Virus record (IMG/VR): IMGVR_UViG_3300005613_000002
Coordinates: 62,001 to 126,000 of that record
Direction: 5' to 3' (one strand)
DNA: 64,000 bases
The notes beneath the pieces are model-generated. The model did not search any database and was not told where the DNA came from. It was given only the letters and a program-made list of their open reading frames with translations. Shown piece by piece: positions 1 to 10,417 of this stretch (position 1 is the first letter of the stretch; each line of letters starts with the position of its first letter). The position numbers were made by a program, and so were the translations under genes.

Positions 1-605
1 TTCATAAAAACCCATAACTCATAAGTTAAGATATTAGCAAGAGGTCCTGCTGCAAAAAGAAATATTTTATCTTTAGAATTTTCATAATCTTTCATTATTT
101 CACTAAACACATTATAATCCTTTAACCATGCATCAGTACCAACATGATATGTTTTTTCAACATTAAATGGTAATAATGAAGTATCTGCCTTATCATTTAC
201 AACCATTACAATATCATGATTATTCATTTCTGGAACAAATTCAGATAAAAAACGTTTATAATTTGAATTAACATAAATATTTGCCCAAGTCAAATGTTCT
301 TCATCTTGACATGACTTAGTTTTCATATATTTATATTTTTCCTGACCAACACAACAAGGACATGCAATACCAATATAATATCCATCATCAGTTGTCGTAT
401 ATGAATATTCTAGTTTATTTCTAACACCAACATATTCATTCATATTTGGGTCATATCTAAATTCACCATTTTTTTGATTCCGTAAATCAATAAATTTATT
501 TTCTAATATCATTAATTCACCATCACCCCATCGTGACAATGAAAAATGTTCATTAGACTTAATTTTATTTAAAAACTTATCAAAATCACCACCAAATGTT
601 TTCAT
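1..605 (-). CDS. GT-D fold (DUF1792-like) glycosyltransferase, runs off the window edge
   Basis: Not in the ORF track. Hand translation from ATG 605 gives MKTFGGDFDKFLNKIKSNEHFSLSRWGDGELM...FLFAAGPLANIL. SxxRxGDGE and GPxA motifs are typical of GT-D. Confidence 0.7.
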   Translation of the reverse strand, partial: MKTFGGDFDKFLNKIKSNEHFSLSRWGDGELMILENKFIDLRNQKNGEFRYDPNMNEYVGVRNKLEYSYTTTDDGYYIGIACPCCVGQEKYKYMKTKSCQDEEHLTWANIYVNSNYKRFLSEFVPEMNNHDIVMVVNDKADTSLLPFNVEKTYHVGTDAWLKDYNVFSEIMKDYENSKDKIFLFAAGPLANILTYELWVFM

Positions 606-606
606 C

Positions 607-1341
607 TTATTTAATTTTATTTACAGTATCCCAACCACAATCAATACAATGAAAACAAACCTTATCTCTAACACCATAATGTGCGTTTTTTGTCCAAGAA
701 GCATTTTCATCATTACCAAATTTCATCCCAACTTTAAAATCTGAACTCCACAAATTTTTATTACTAATTGGATGTGGTGGGACAAATGTATTAATACCTC
801 CATACTTTTGTGCTAAATATGAAAACATAATATCTTCACCATTATCCCAAGTAAAAGGTTCTTCATACCATAAATATTTTGCCCATTCTTGTCTAAAAAA
901 CCAAGCATGACCAACTAAATCTACACGTTTTGTTTTATTTAATTGTTCACCATTCCATCCAATTTTATCGAAAGGTAAATATGATTTCCCTTTAATAATA
1001 ACACCACTACCACCAAGAATACCATTTGTTTCAGGATTTTCAATTGTTTCAAGACAATTCTTTAACCAATCTTTTTGTGGTATTGTATCATCATCAAACA
1101 TCGCAACATATGGAGTTTTCAATAATAATGGAACTGTAAATCTTCCAAAAAATTTAGTATTCCAATTACACGTATATGTTTTTATTTCTTTATCTTTTGG
1201 AAGATATTGTCCAACATCACTTTTATTATACCAAACATGAATATTTTCACTCTTTACTTCAATTGATTGATCTTTAATTGCTTGAATCTGTTGTTCAAGT
1301 GTGTGTGGTCTTTTATAAACATTTAATATTACACTTACCAT
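607..1341 (-). CDS. GT-A (family 2-like) glycosyltransferase
   Basis: N-terminal VSVILNVYKRP strand; YVAMFDDD DxD motif; GEDI motif. Confidence 0.8.
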   Translation of the reverse strand: MVSVILNVYKRPHTLEQQIQAIKDQSIEVKSENIHVWYNKSDVGQYLPKDKEIKTYTCNWNTKFFGRFTVPLLLKTPYVAMFDDDTIPQKDWLKNCLETIENPETNGILGGSGVIIKGKSYLPFDKIGWNGEQLNKTKRVDLVGHAWFFRQEWAKYLWYEEPFTWDNGEDIMFSYLAQKYGGINTFVPPHPISNKNLWSSDFKVGMKFGNDENASWTKNAHYGVRDKVCFHCIDCGWDTVNKIK

Positions 1342-2336
1342 AATTTACCTATATATTTTTGAGTATATACACCACCTTGCCCATCAATTCTAACATCACC
1401 ATGTAATTTTGAATCACCATTACCATCATGATAAACTAACGAATTTTCAGTTCTATATATCTCGTTATTTAAATAACCAATTGCGTCACCAATTTGAGTC
1501 CAAGCACGAACAGGGACTCCAGCTTTACAAACTTCATCAGCATTAACCTCAAGCATTTTATATTCCATAAACTCAATTACATCAATATCAATTAATGCAA
1601 TTCCATCAACAAAATGCTTATTTGACCACCAACTTTCGAATTCAGATGTTTCATTAAATGACCATAAATGTGGTGCTATCGCCATTATATTGCTGTTTTT
1701 TTCTTTTTTATTAAAAAATAAATCTGTTAATACATTTAAGAAATCTTTTGATAATATAAAATCATCATCCATCTGTAATACAGCATGACATTTTACTTCT
1801 TTTAAAATTTCCCACATCTGATTATAACAATACCAATGCAATACTTTTCCATTTGGTTTTTCATTTTTTATATAATGAATATTAGGATAAATATTAAGTA
1901 AATTATCATATCTTTCATCATCAGAACCATCATTTAATAATACTAATTTAAATGTATATTTTGTTGGTTCATTATATAATTGTGAAATAATTCTTTCTAC
2001 TTTTTCATATCTATTATATGATGGAATACATATTACAACATCAAAATCAACAAATGCTTTTTTTTGATATGGTGTTGGCATTAAGTTAACAACAACATCA
2101 TTTTTTATTTCACCCCTAAATTCTTTTTGAATTCTAATACCTTCCCTTCTTTTATTTCGTAAAAAAGGATTGGGTTGTTCATTCTTTAAAATTGGGATAG
2201 GTTTAGATTTATCTCCAAAAATTCTCCTACGATTTCTTTCATTCATGTTGTTCTTTTTTTCGATATACAAATTTTTATCATGTCTATGTTGTATCTTTTT
2301 AAGTATTAGTTCTTTTTTGTCAATTTTTTTTCTCAT
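1335..2336 (-). CDS. GT2 glycosyltransferase with basic N-terminal extension
   Basis: VVICIPSYNR, LLNDGSDD and LQMDDD motifs; about 90-aa K/R-rich N-terminus. Confidence 0.8.
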   Translation of the reverse strand: MRKKIDKKELILKKIQHRHDKNLYIEKKNNMNERNRRRIFGDKSKPIPILKNEQPNPFLRNKRREGIRIQKEFRGEIKNDVVVNLMPTPYQKKAFVDFDVVICIPSYNRYEKVERIISQLYNEPTKYTFKLVLLNDGSDDERYDNLLNIYPNIHYIKNEKPNGKVLHWYCYNQMWEILKEVKCHAVLQMDDDFILSKDFLNVLTDLFFNKKEKNSNIMAIAPHLWSFNETSEFESWWSNKHFVDGIALIDIDVIEFMEYKMLEVNADEVCKAGVPVRAWTQIGDAIGYLNNEIYRTENSLVYHDGNGDSKLHGDVRIDGQGGVYTQKYIGKLW

Positions 2337-2360
2337 AATTATAACTATATATTTAAATAG

Positions 2361-2987
2361 TTATAAAGAATGTTTTCGTCTTAATGCTGCTAATCCACTA
2401 TCTGTTCCTTTAGATGTTATACCTGAGTCAAGATAATAGGCATAAAATTTAAGATTTGGAACTAACACACCTTTTCCTCCATTTTTCACAATTGTTAACC
2501 AAATATCCCAATCTTGTAATCTTTTTAAATTTTCATCAAACATTGGAAAATTATCTCTCCTGATTAAAGACATTGTTGAAATATAATTCATTCCTTTTAA
2601 CACTTGTGCATTAAATGGTCTTGATGGAATTTGAAAATTACCATGCATAGGATGTGATTCTGGATGTAATACAATACCATGATAGCCAGTATATGAAAAT
2701 GCTGCTGTTTGATCTTTTATTAGCTTTTCATATAATGATTTAATGTAATTTTTCGGTAATAAAATATCATCATCACAGAAGAATACAAAAGGTTGTGTAG
2801 ATTTTTTAAATCCATCATTTCTTTTCTTTGGTGCTGTACCTTCATTATCATTAATAATAATTTCCATTACATCATTCGCTTCGATTAATGGTAAGACCAT
2901 ATTTGTGAAAAAATCCCTTCTACTTTTACTTAAAGGCACAATAACACTAATTGGTAATCCTTCTTCTACTTTATCTACTTTTATCAT
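2361..2987 (-). CDS. GT2 glycosyltransferase
   Basis: ISVIVP, KRNDG, FVFFCDDD and LQDWDIW motifs. Confidence 0.85.
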   Translation of the reverse strand: MIKVDKVEEGLPISVIVPLSKSRRDFFTNMVLPLIEANDVMEIIINDNEGTAPKKRNDGFKKSTQPFVFFCDDDILLPKNYIKSLYEKLIKDQTAAFSYTGYHGIVLHPESHPMHGNFQIPSRPFNAQVLKGMNYISTMSLIRRDNFPMFDENLKRLQDWDIWLTIVKNGGKGVLVPNLKFYAYYLDSGITSKGTDSGLAALRRKHSL

Positions 2988-3673
2988 TCTTCATAATTTA
3001 ATGGTAAATCATTTTTATATTTTTCAGCAAATTGCTTTCTATTTACTTCCCATTGCTCATTAGTCATACCTACTGACTTATGTAATATTCTAATATCAGT
3101 GGTTACACCAATATTACAACCATCTAAATAATTAGGTATGCAAAATGATAGATCATATAAATGAAAACCATTAAAATCTTCATCAAATTTATTTTCAATA
3201 TTATTACAATCAACAGCCATAAATAAACCATCAACAAGAACAACTGGTTTAATATATCCTGCAACAGGTTTTGCATATTCATTCACCCATGTATTAATAC
3301 CATCAGTATGTTCTACAACACCATACATTTTAGACCTATCATTCCACCACACACCATTTTCACCAAGATGTGGACTTCCAGCAACACCAATAATATCGAA
3401 ATCAAAATTATTAAATTTATTTAATAATAATTTACCCCAATTTTTAGTTTTAAATACAATATCATTATGACAAAACACCATAATTGCATCACTATTATTA
3501 TATTCACCTATTGCTTTGTTATAAATTTCTGTTAAACTATATTGATTAAAATTTTGATAACCATGAACAGTACATTTAACTTTACCAACAGTTTCTAAAA
3601 CATGATGATTAAATTTATGATTTTCTTCTTCAGTAAGATGTGAAGAATAAATTACAATTATATTATTTTTCAT
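2984..3673 (-). CDS. Glycosyltransferase-like protein (Glyco_tranf_2_5 type)
   Basis: SLTEIYNKAI, VFCHNDI, IIGVAG, VDGLFMA and FDEDFNGFHLYD motifs. Confidence 0.8.
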   Translation of the reverse strand: MKNNIIVIYSSHLTEEENHKFNHHVLETVGKVKCTVHGYQNFNQYSLTEIYNKAIGEYNNSDAIMVFCHNDIVFKTKNWGKLLLNKFNNFDFDIIGVAGSPHLGENGVWWNDRSKMYGVVEHTDGINTWVNEYAKPVAGYIKPVVLVDGLFMAVDCNNIENKFDEDFNGFHLYDLSFCIPNYLDGCNIGVTTDIRILHKSVGMTNEQWEVNRKQFAEKYKNDLPLNYEE

Positions 3674-3701
3674 TTATTATTAATTAAAATTATTGCAATT
3701 A

Positions 3702-3732
3702 CAAACTTACTAATTAATAATTAATATATCAA
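3702..3732 (-). promoter_or_regulatory. Bacteroidota-type housekeeping-sigma promoter for the glycosyltransferase operon
   Basis: Minus strand reads TTG-N20-TAAGTTTG, about 28 nt upstream of ATG 3673. Confidence 0.7.
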
Positions 3733-3739
3733 GTGTAAT

Positions 3740-4054
3740 TTATTGTGTTTTAAATTTAGTTAGAATTGCTTCATAATCAGCCTTAACCTTTGCAAGTGGG
3801 AATGGTATTCTAATTAATGCATTATCTGTAATATCAAATTCTGATACATATTCTGGATTTGCATATAAAATAAGAAAATCATAAAATGGATTTCCATAAT
3901 ATTTTTGTGATAATTTATCTAATCTACTAAAATCAGGATTCCAATTCTCATATTTATCACTTGAATTAATTGGTAAATTAACAAAAGGAATATCATCTTT
4001 TGTACCGTCATCATTTTCTAAAATTGAATATCTATTATAATCAGTATATGGCAT
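3740..4054 (-). CDS. Baseplate wedge protein, LysM-like (T4 gp53-like)
   Basis: RLDKLSQKYYGNP...ILYANP...IRIP pattern; lies downstream of baseplate and tape measure genes. Confidence 0.7.
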   Translation of the reverse strand: MPYTDYNRYSILENDDGTKDDIPFVNLPINSSDKYENWNPDFSRLDKLSQKYYGNPFYDFLILYANPEYVSEFDITDNALIRIPFPLAKVKADYEAILTKFKTQ

Positions 4055-4057
4055 CTT

Positions 4058-7000
4058 TTAATTTATTAATTTGTTTAATTTTTCTTTTTCAGTTGCCAAT
4101 ATACCTTTCATATAACTTTCTTGTTTATTTGCAACATCAGATGGTAATTTATACATACCTTCAGAACTAAAATTAGAGTTAGCATAATAATTAAATGATA
4201 CAGCATTTTGAAGTGCATCGATAGGTCCTTTCAACGATTGACCACCCATTACTTTCATACTTAATGTAACATTTGCCATCATTGGCTGCATTCCAAATCC
4301 TTCTGGATTCATATCCCAAGGACTATCAACATAATCAATATTTAAACTTTCAATAATTACTTTTGTATAAAAGAAATCACCAACTCTTAAAATACAAATT
4401 GGTTGACGACCAAAAACTGAATTTTTTGCTCTTGTAATATTATTATCATCAACTTGCACATCATATCTTAATGCAGCACCTTGTCTCATACATTGCTGTA
4501 AGAATGTTAACCTTTTATGAAAATCTTCAGGAGTTTGTGAATGAAATGCTGGATAAAAATTATTTTTATTAATTGAGCTAAAACCATTTAATATTGCACT
4601 TTCATCAGCAGTTCTTTCATTCATTAAACAATCCGAAGCATTATTTTTTTGTTTATTTTTCTCATTTTCTAATCCAACAATTTCATTATTGATATCATCA
4701 ATAGTTTTTTGTTCATCAGCAGTTAATGTTTTTGAAATATTATCAACTGATTTATCATTTCTAACTATTTTTATTTCTGAATATCTATCTTGTTTAGCTG
4801 ATTTAAGAGCAATTCCACTTACTGTAGCACCATCATCACTAGCTTTAGTACTACCTAAACTTTCTGTTGTAATTTCAACACCCATTTGATCTGGTGTTTT
4901 TCCAAATAATGCTAAAATTTTTCTTTCAATAAAATTCTTTGCAGCATCTGCCCTTCTTTGTCCTAATAATTCATTATATTCTGAGGTATATAATTTTGAT
5001 GCTGACCCAATAATTTCAATTTTATAATATTCTCTATCTTCTTCGTTTTCGAAAAATCTTTTTAATTCAGAAATTAAAGGAACTGTATTACCAAAAAAAT
5101 CAGTTTCAAAAACAGAAGTATATTGTGAATATGAATATGGTTTTGAAACTTCATAATAAGTCTTCCCACTAACATTTACAGTATTTAAATCACCAATATA
5201 AAATATATCTTTATTTAATCCATAATGAGTTAAATCAGTAGTTGTAATAATTTCAGGATGAATATCATATGAATTATCATACATAGTATCAATAATTGAA
5301 CTTAAATTATCACTTACTTTAGGTACATCATTTGGAAAATATATAGTAAATGTTTTAGAATTCTTATTTAAATTTGGTTGAATTGATTTATTATCGCCAA
5401 TAATTAATTCTTTCTTATTTTCAAGTTCTTTTATTTTTGCCTCTTGATTAGTTTGTGGTGTAATATTGGTCAATTTATCACCACCAAAAGCAAAGAATTC
5501 TGCAATATCTTTATGTGATGTTTTACTATCTTTATAATTTTTTACATGTGGTGGATAATCAATTAATAATGAAAAATTAAGCACAGCACTTCTTTCAGAA
5601 TTTTGATAATTATACATCGGCTCACCTCTACCAACCATAACTGTTGATTCAAATTTAGCATTAGTTGTTTCATTAATTTCTAATGCGTATGGTGGAAACC
5701 ACATTATACGTCCATTGAAAGGACCTACTTCACACACAGGAATTGGTGACCCAAATTCATCATCAATTATACCAACTCCATCTTTACTAATAACTCTAAC
5801 TGCAAGATTTTCAAGACTAAACATTAAATCTTTATTATTAATGTTTCCTTCTTTATCTAATATTGGGTGTATTCTAGGTAAAACTGAATCATATATTACA
5901 GAATTTTCATTTCCACCATATACTTTATTCCCATTAAATCTTATTGTTTTCGTAAATTTATCATATTGGTCAATTGCTGAATGTTGACGAGTACCTCTAA
6001 CACTGGTATTATCACTAGAATCAGCATATGTACTATCATTAGATTTAAATAAACCTGAACCATTAAAACCTGCAATCTTATCACCTTTCATAAAGGCTTT
6101 TCTTGTCATATCAACAATTTCACCCTGAGAAGCAATAACTAAATTTCTAGTATACTCTAATAAACCAGTTTTAACATTAAAATCTGTCTCAAATTTTGAT
6201 TCATCTACAGTAAATCCCTGATAATTATCACCCCTATATTGTGCACCTACATTATTAGTAATATCATCAATTCCATCTCTACCCCAAACAATTTTATTTT
6301 CATTATTATTTAAGTTTCCTCTAAATTCAGTTTCATCACCAATCCAATCATTTTGTCCAAATACCGAAGTATATGTATAATCTTTTTTTAATGGATTACC
6401 CATCCAATCAATAGCATCATCATTTGGTGCATAATCACCATTACTATAATCTGCTGAATTAAACATGTTTTGATTAGCTACATCATTAGAATATTCAGAA
6501 TTATTTAAATATTGAACAATAAACGATTTATATGGATAAAATCTATTATTGTTAAAATCAAAAAATTTCTTATTGTTTGATAATAATATATTTTTAGTTC
6601 CTTGTATTGATGTTTCTGCTTCATCAGCCTTATCATAATAAACAACATTATAAGCATCATTATTAGGTCTAAATCTATTATTATTTATTGATGTAAATAA
6701 AAATTTTAATTGACCAGTACCTGTATTATTTAAAAAATCATTATTATCTGCATCCTTAGTAAACGGATAATTTTTATTTGGGTAAAAACCAGTTACACTA
6801 TCAATAAAATTACTAAAACCTGTTTTATCTTCTTTTTTAGTAATATTATAATTAATTCTTTTAGTAAATAATTTAGTGTCTTTATTTCCATCAAACAAAT
6901 TAGACACATTCATTATTGGTAAATAATCTTGAGCAACACTTGAACCAGCGTTCATAGCAAATTGTCTACCTAACATCACTAAACCAATTTCACTTAATGG

Positions 7001-7234
7001 TGTTCTATTAACAACCAATCTACCATAAATCGTATTTTCAAGATTATATGATTTAAATGGTGTTAAAAGACTAGTAATACTACTAATTGCACTTACTGTT
7101 TTATCAACAGCACCATCATCATATGTTGGATACTCAGTATATGGAGTATATAAATTTCTAGTTACTAATGTATCTCTTATTTGATTAGTAGTAGTTAATA
7201 GATTAGATGTTGTGATATCTGATTGTGTTGCCAT
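4058..7234 (-). CDS. Large baseplate/tail-tube initiator-like protein with an inserted OmpA-C-like peptidoglycan-binding domain
   Basis: Tube-initiator-like motifs (VGRGEPMYNYQNSER; PICILRVGD...IIESLNIDY...WD) flank IIGSAS..YNELLGQRRADA..SLG..QDR. Start moved to ATG 7234 because a late motif lies at 7254-7261. Confidence 0.6.
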   Translation of the reverse strand: MATQSDITTSNLLTTTNQIRDTLVTRNLYTPYTEYPTYDDGAVDKTVSAISSITSLLTPFKSYNLENTIYGRLVVNRTPLSEIGLVMLGRQFAMNAGSSVAQDYLPIMNVSNLFDGNKDTKLFTKRINYNITKKEDKTGFSNFIDSVTGFYPNKNYPFTKDADNNDFLNNTGTGQLKFLFTSINNNRFRPNNDAYNVVYYDKADEAETSIQGTKNILLSNNKKFFDFNNNRFYPYKSFIVQYLNNSEYSNDVANQNMFNSADYSNGDYAPNDDAIDWMGNPLKKDYTYTSVFGQNDWIGDETEFRGNLNNNENKIVWGRDGIDDITNNVGAQYRGDNYQGFTVDESKFETDFNVKTGLLEYTRNLVIASQGEIVDMTRKAFMKGDKIAGFNGSGLFKSNDSTYADSSDNTSVRGTRQHSAIDQYDKFTKTIRFNGNKVYGGNENSVIYDSVLPRIHPILDKEGNINNKDLMFSLENLAVRVISKDGVGIIDDEFGSPIPVCEVGPFNGRIMWFPPYALEINETTNAKFESTVMVGRGEPMYNYQNSERSAVLNFSLLIDYPPHVKNYKDSKTSHKDIAEFFAFGGDKLTNITPQTNQEAKIKELENKKELIIGDNKSIQPNLNKNSKTFTIYFPNDVPKVSDNLSSIIDTMYDNSYDIHPEIITTTDLTHYGLNKDIFYIGDLNTVNVSGKTYYEVSKPYSYSQYTSVFETDFFGNTVPLISELKRFFENEEDREYYKIEIIGSASKLYTSEYNELLGQRRADAAKNFIERKILALFGKTPDQMGVEITTESLGSTKASDDGATVSGIALKSAKQDRYSEIKIVRNDKSVDNISKTLTADEQKTIDDINNEIVGLENEKNKQKNNASDCLMNERTADESAILNGFSSINKNNFYPAFHSQTPEDFHKRLTFLQQCMRQGAALRYDVQVDDNNITRAKNSVFGRQPICILRVGDFFYTKVIIESLNIDYVDSPWDMNPEGFGMQPMMANVTLSMKVMGGQSLKGPIDALQNAVSFNYYANSNFSSEGMYKLPSDVANKQESYMKGILATEKEKLNKLIN

Positions 7235-7642
7235 TAATATCTTATTATTTTTAATAAATACTTGTAATATTAAATTATTAAACATATTTTTACACTGCCA
7301 AAATCTACCCAAACCTCAACGCACAATATAAACTTATTTATCCTAAAACATTGTTGGGTATTAACCCAAGTGAAAAATTGAATGATAATAACTTGATCTA
7401 ACCAATCCAAATCAAAAGATTTGGATTTTTCCCTTAAATTGAGTATAATAAGTTAATGATTAAAATAGCGAATTTTAATGAGCATAGTATTCCTATTATT
7501 CAAATTGTTATTAGATTTGTAAAATTTAATAATCAAGTATGTAATTTTGTTTATTAAATTCGTAGAATTGAATAAAAAGACTTTTTGTGTATAAAGTGGA
7601 CTGGCTTATTAGACAGTTTGCTTTATTAAACGGAAAGTTCGT

Positions 7643-7673
7643 CAAAGTTACAAGAATTATTTTTAATAAACAA
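7643..7673 (-). promoter_or_regulatory. Bacteroidota-type promoter firing into an ORF-free intergenic region
   Basis: Minus strand TTG-N20-TAACTTTG. Confidence 0.6.
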
Positions 7674-7703
7674 GAGATTTTTAATTAAATTCAAAAAATA
7701 AAA

Positions 7704-10181
7704 TTATGTACCTGTTCCATAACCAATTTTAGCATCAACTTGTCTTTGTATTGCTGTTACTGGACGATATATTTTTTGCATAAATTTTTCACCATCAATA
7801 TTTAATGTAATATCACTAACTACTGCTACATTACTATCAGCAAATTCAACTTTTAATGGTTTTTTCAAAATATTTGCTAAGTCAGCTAACATTCCACCAC
7901 CTTTTGTATTTACTTTTGATATTGATTCGACAGCATTTTGTATTGCGATATAATCTTCTTTATTTCCAGTTAATACTGTGCTAATATTTTTAAATGCATT
8001 ACCAACTCTTGAAATTGCATCAGCATTTTTTGATATTGTTTTCATTGTTGCAGCAAATGTTAATAATCCTAATGCACCAACTGTAAATCCCATCATTGAA
8101 GCAGCTAACATTCCAACTCCTGCTCCTACTTTTATCATTGATTCACCAGCACCATTACTTTTTTCAATTAAATTTCCTAAACCTTCAGCCATTTGACCAA
8201 TTCCCCATGCAGCAATTCCAATACCAGCACCAACACCTAAAGCAGCAGCACCAAAAGCTAACATTGCTGGTGCAGCAGCAGTACCTGCCGTAGCAAACGC
8301 AAACATTGCAGGTACTAAAATTGCAACCATAGTACCACCAAGAATACCAATAGTACCATTCATCATTTTTAGTTTATCTACATCAACATCTTTAATTGCT
8401 TTTGCTAATTCACTAATACCTGCTGATGCTACACCAATACCAGCACCCACTCCAACGGCAGCAGCACCAACACCTAATCCACCTTTCATCATACCTGCAC
8501 CTCTACCAGCAGCTAATTTTCCCCTACCAGCCATTTGTGAACCAGATAAAGCAGAACCTCGACTTCCAATTCCACCAGTCAATTTATTTGCAGCACCTGA
8601 TGTTAAATTTCCAAATCCTTTTAATACAGTTTTCCATGCTAAAGCACCAGCTAATAATATACCACCAGCAGTAGCAACACCACCCCAACCACTTCCAGCA
8701 AGAGTTGACATCCAATCAGCAATAGGTCTTACCCATTCTAATGTTTTATTAACACCTCTTAATAATGGTAATAATGCACCTTTTAATGCATTTATTGTAT
8801 TTTTGAATACTTCATCAAATGTTTGTGCTTCTTTTGCTCTTTGTTGTAATGTTGTTTGTTCTTTCTGAAAAGCATTTGCTTGTTCACTAGTTAATTTACT
8901 AATATCTGTCATATGACCAGCAAGCATAACTTGGAATTTACCAGTTTTAGAATCCATCGTGGCAGCACCTTTAAGTAATTCCTTTTCACGCTTAGTTAAT
9001 CCTCTACCAGCTAATTGATTATCCATTATAGATAAATCAAGTCTTCTTTGTGCAATTTCAAACATTTCTTCTTTAGCAATACCTAAAGAATTTGCAACAT
9101 TTGATAATCTATCAACATCAGCAGGACTTATAAATTTTTCGAAGGTTGTTTTACCATCAGGACTTATTATTTTCCTTAAAGTATAAACTCCTTTAGTCAT
9201 ATTTGATATTTGTTCTGTAACCTTTTCTGGTTCATTACGAACCATATATAACCAACGGAGTGGGTCCATTTTTGCAAAATTACCACCCATTACTTGTAAA
9301 TTAGCACCTAATTCAATTACTTTTTCTAATCCTCTTGTTGCTTCAGCTACATTAAGAGCAGTTTCCATACTAACTCTAGTTTTTTCAGCATCTATAGCCA
9401 TAGTACTGAATGCTTTAACACCGTTAATAAATGTAAATGTTGATAATTTTTTGAAGTTTTTATTAATATTTGAAAGAATTTTAGTTGTATTAAGACCCAT
9501 AAGTTCAGATGTTTCTACAACACCTTGAACAAAATTCATAGTTCTTCTAACATCAATTCCCATATATTCAAATTGTGCAGCTAATTTTGTTGCTTGTTCA
9601 ACACCTAAACCAGTACCTCTACCAATAGTAGTTATATCTATCAGAGTTTCAGCCACTAAAGCACGTGCTCTGCCAGTTTCATCAGCAAAACCTTGTTGCA
9701 TTGTTCGAATATCTTCTAATGAACCACCTAAACTTGAAACGATTCCAACCGATTGTTCGAATGATTGTCTCATTAAATCAGCTTTTGCTCCCGACATTCC
9801 TAAATTAAGGATTGTTGATTTAATAATTTTATCTGAAGCTAATAAATAATCTAAACCAAGTTTAAATTGTCCAACAGTGAATTTTAATATACCTAATAAT
9901 TGTTGTCTAGTTCTAACCTCTTTTGAAACTTCAGAATTAACATTTCGTTGTTCATTTACAATTTTAGTTAATTCTTCTTTTTCTTGAGCAGTTAATGATG
10001 ATGCTTGTTTTCTTGATTCTAATACTAGTCTTTCTTGTTCAGTTTGGACTCTTTTTTGATTTGCAATATATTCTTCTTGAATTTTTATTCTATCATTAAA
10101 ATCAATAGCAGTATTTAATTGATTATTATAATCAACCTGTAAATCCCTCAATTGTTTTAAAAATTCTAATTTATCTGCCAT
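7704..10181 (-). CDS. Tape measure protein
   Basis: 825 aa; helical/coiled N-terminus; A/G-rich hydrophobic C-terminal half; lies between chaperone-like and baseplate genes. Confidence 0.8.
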   Translation of the reverse strand: MADKLEFLKQLRDLQVDYNNQLNTAIDFNDRIKIQEEYIANQKRVQTEQERLVLESRKQASSLTAQEKEELTKIVNEQRNVNSEVSKEVRTRQQLLGILKFTVGQFKLGLDYLLASDKIIKSTILNLGMSGAKADLMRQSFEQSVGIVSSLGGSLEDIRTMQQGFADETGRARALVAETLIDITTIGRGTGLGVEQATKLAAQFEYMGIDVRRTMNFVQGVVETSELMGLNTTKILSNINKNFKKLSTFTFINGVKAFSTMAIDAEKTRVSMETALNVAEATRGLEKVIELGANLQVMGGNFAKMDPLRWLYMVRNEPEKVTEQISNMTKGVYTLRKIISPDGKTTFEKFISPADVDRLSNVANSLGIAKEEMFEIAQRRLDLSIMDNQLAGRGLTKREKELLKGAATMDSKTGKFQVMLAGHMTDISKLTSEQANAFQKEQTTLQQRAKEAQTFDEVFKNTINALKGALLPLLRGVNKTLEWVRPIADWMSTLAGSGWGGVATAGGILLAGALAWKTVLKGFGNLTSGAANKLTGGIGSRGSALSGSQMAGRGKLAAGRGAGMMKGGLGVGAAAVGVGAGIGVASAGISELAKAIKDVDVDKLKMMNGTIGILGGTMVAILVPAMFAFATAGTAAAPAMLAFGAAALGVGAGIGIAAWGIGQMAEGLGNLIEKSNGAGESMIKVGAGVGMLAASMMGFTVGALGLLTFAATMKTISKNADAISRVGNAFKNISTVLTGNKEDYIAIQNAVESISKVNTKGGGMLADLANILKKPLKVEFADSNVAVVSDITLNIDGEKFMQKIYRPVTAIQRQVDAKIGYGTGT

Positions 10182-10205
10182 TATTAAACATTTACATATA
10201 AATAC

Positions 10206-10238
10206 AATAGTCCAAGTTTTTTAATGACTTGGACTATT
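10206..10238. repeat. Perfect 12-bp inverted repeat abutting the tape measure late promoter
   Basis: AATAGTCCAAGT-N9-ACTTGGACTATT; late motif at 10198-10205. Confidence 0.7.
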
Positions 10239-10400
10239 ACTATTTTTTAATCTTGCAGCTTCCTGCATTTTTTCGATTTCTTCATTTTCTTTTTGTAATA
10301 AAAACAAAAAGTGTCTTCTTCTGTAAATTGGCAGTCTTTCTACGTACTCTGCTTGAAACTTAGCGTGTTTGGTCAAAATATAAATTTCTTCATCGACCAT
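10221..10400 (-). CDS. T4 gp51-like hub/tail assembly protein (59 aa); probable -1 frameshift extension of the upstream gene
   Basis: Not in the track. MVDEEIYILTKHAKFQAEYVERLPIYRRRHFLFLLQKENEEIEKMQEAARLKNSNSPSH; this frame is open back to the T9 run at 10431-10439. Confidence 0.7.
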   Translation of the reverse strand: MVDEEIYILTKHAKFQAEYVERLPIYRRRHFLFLLQKENEEIEKMQEAARLKNSNSPSH

Positions 10401-10417
10401 TTTTTTGTAATCACCCG

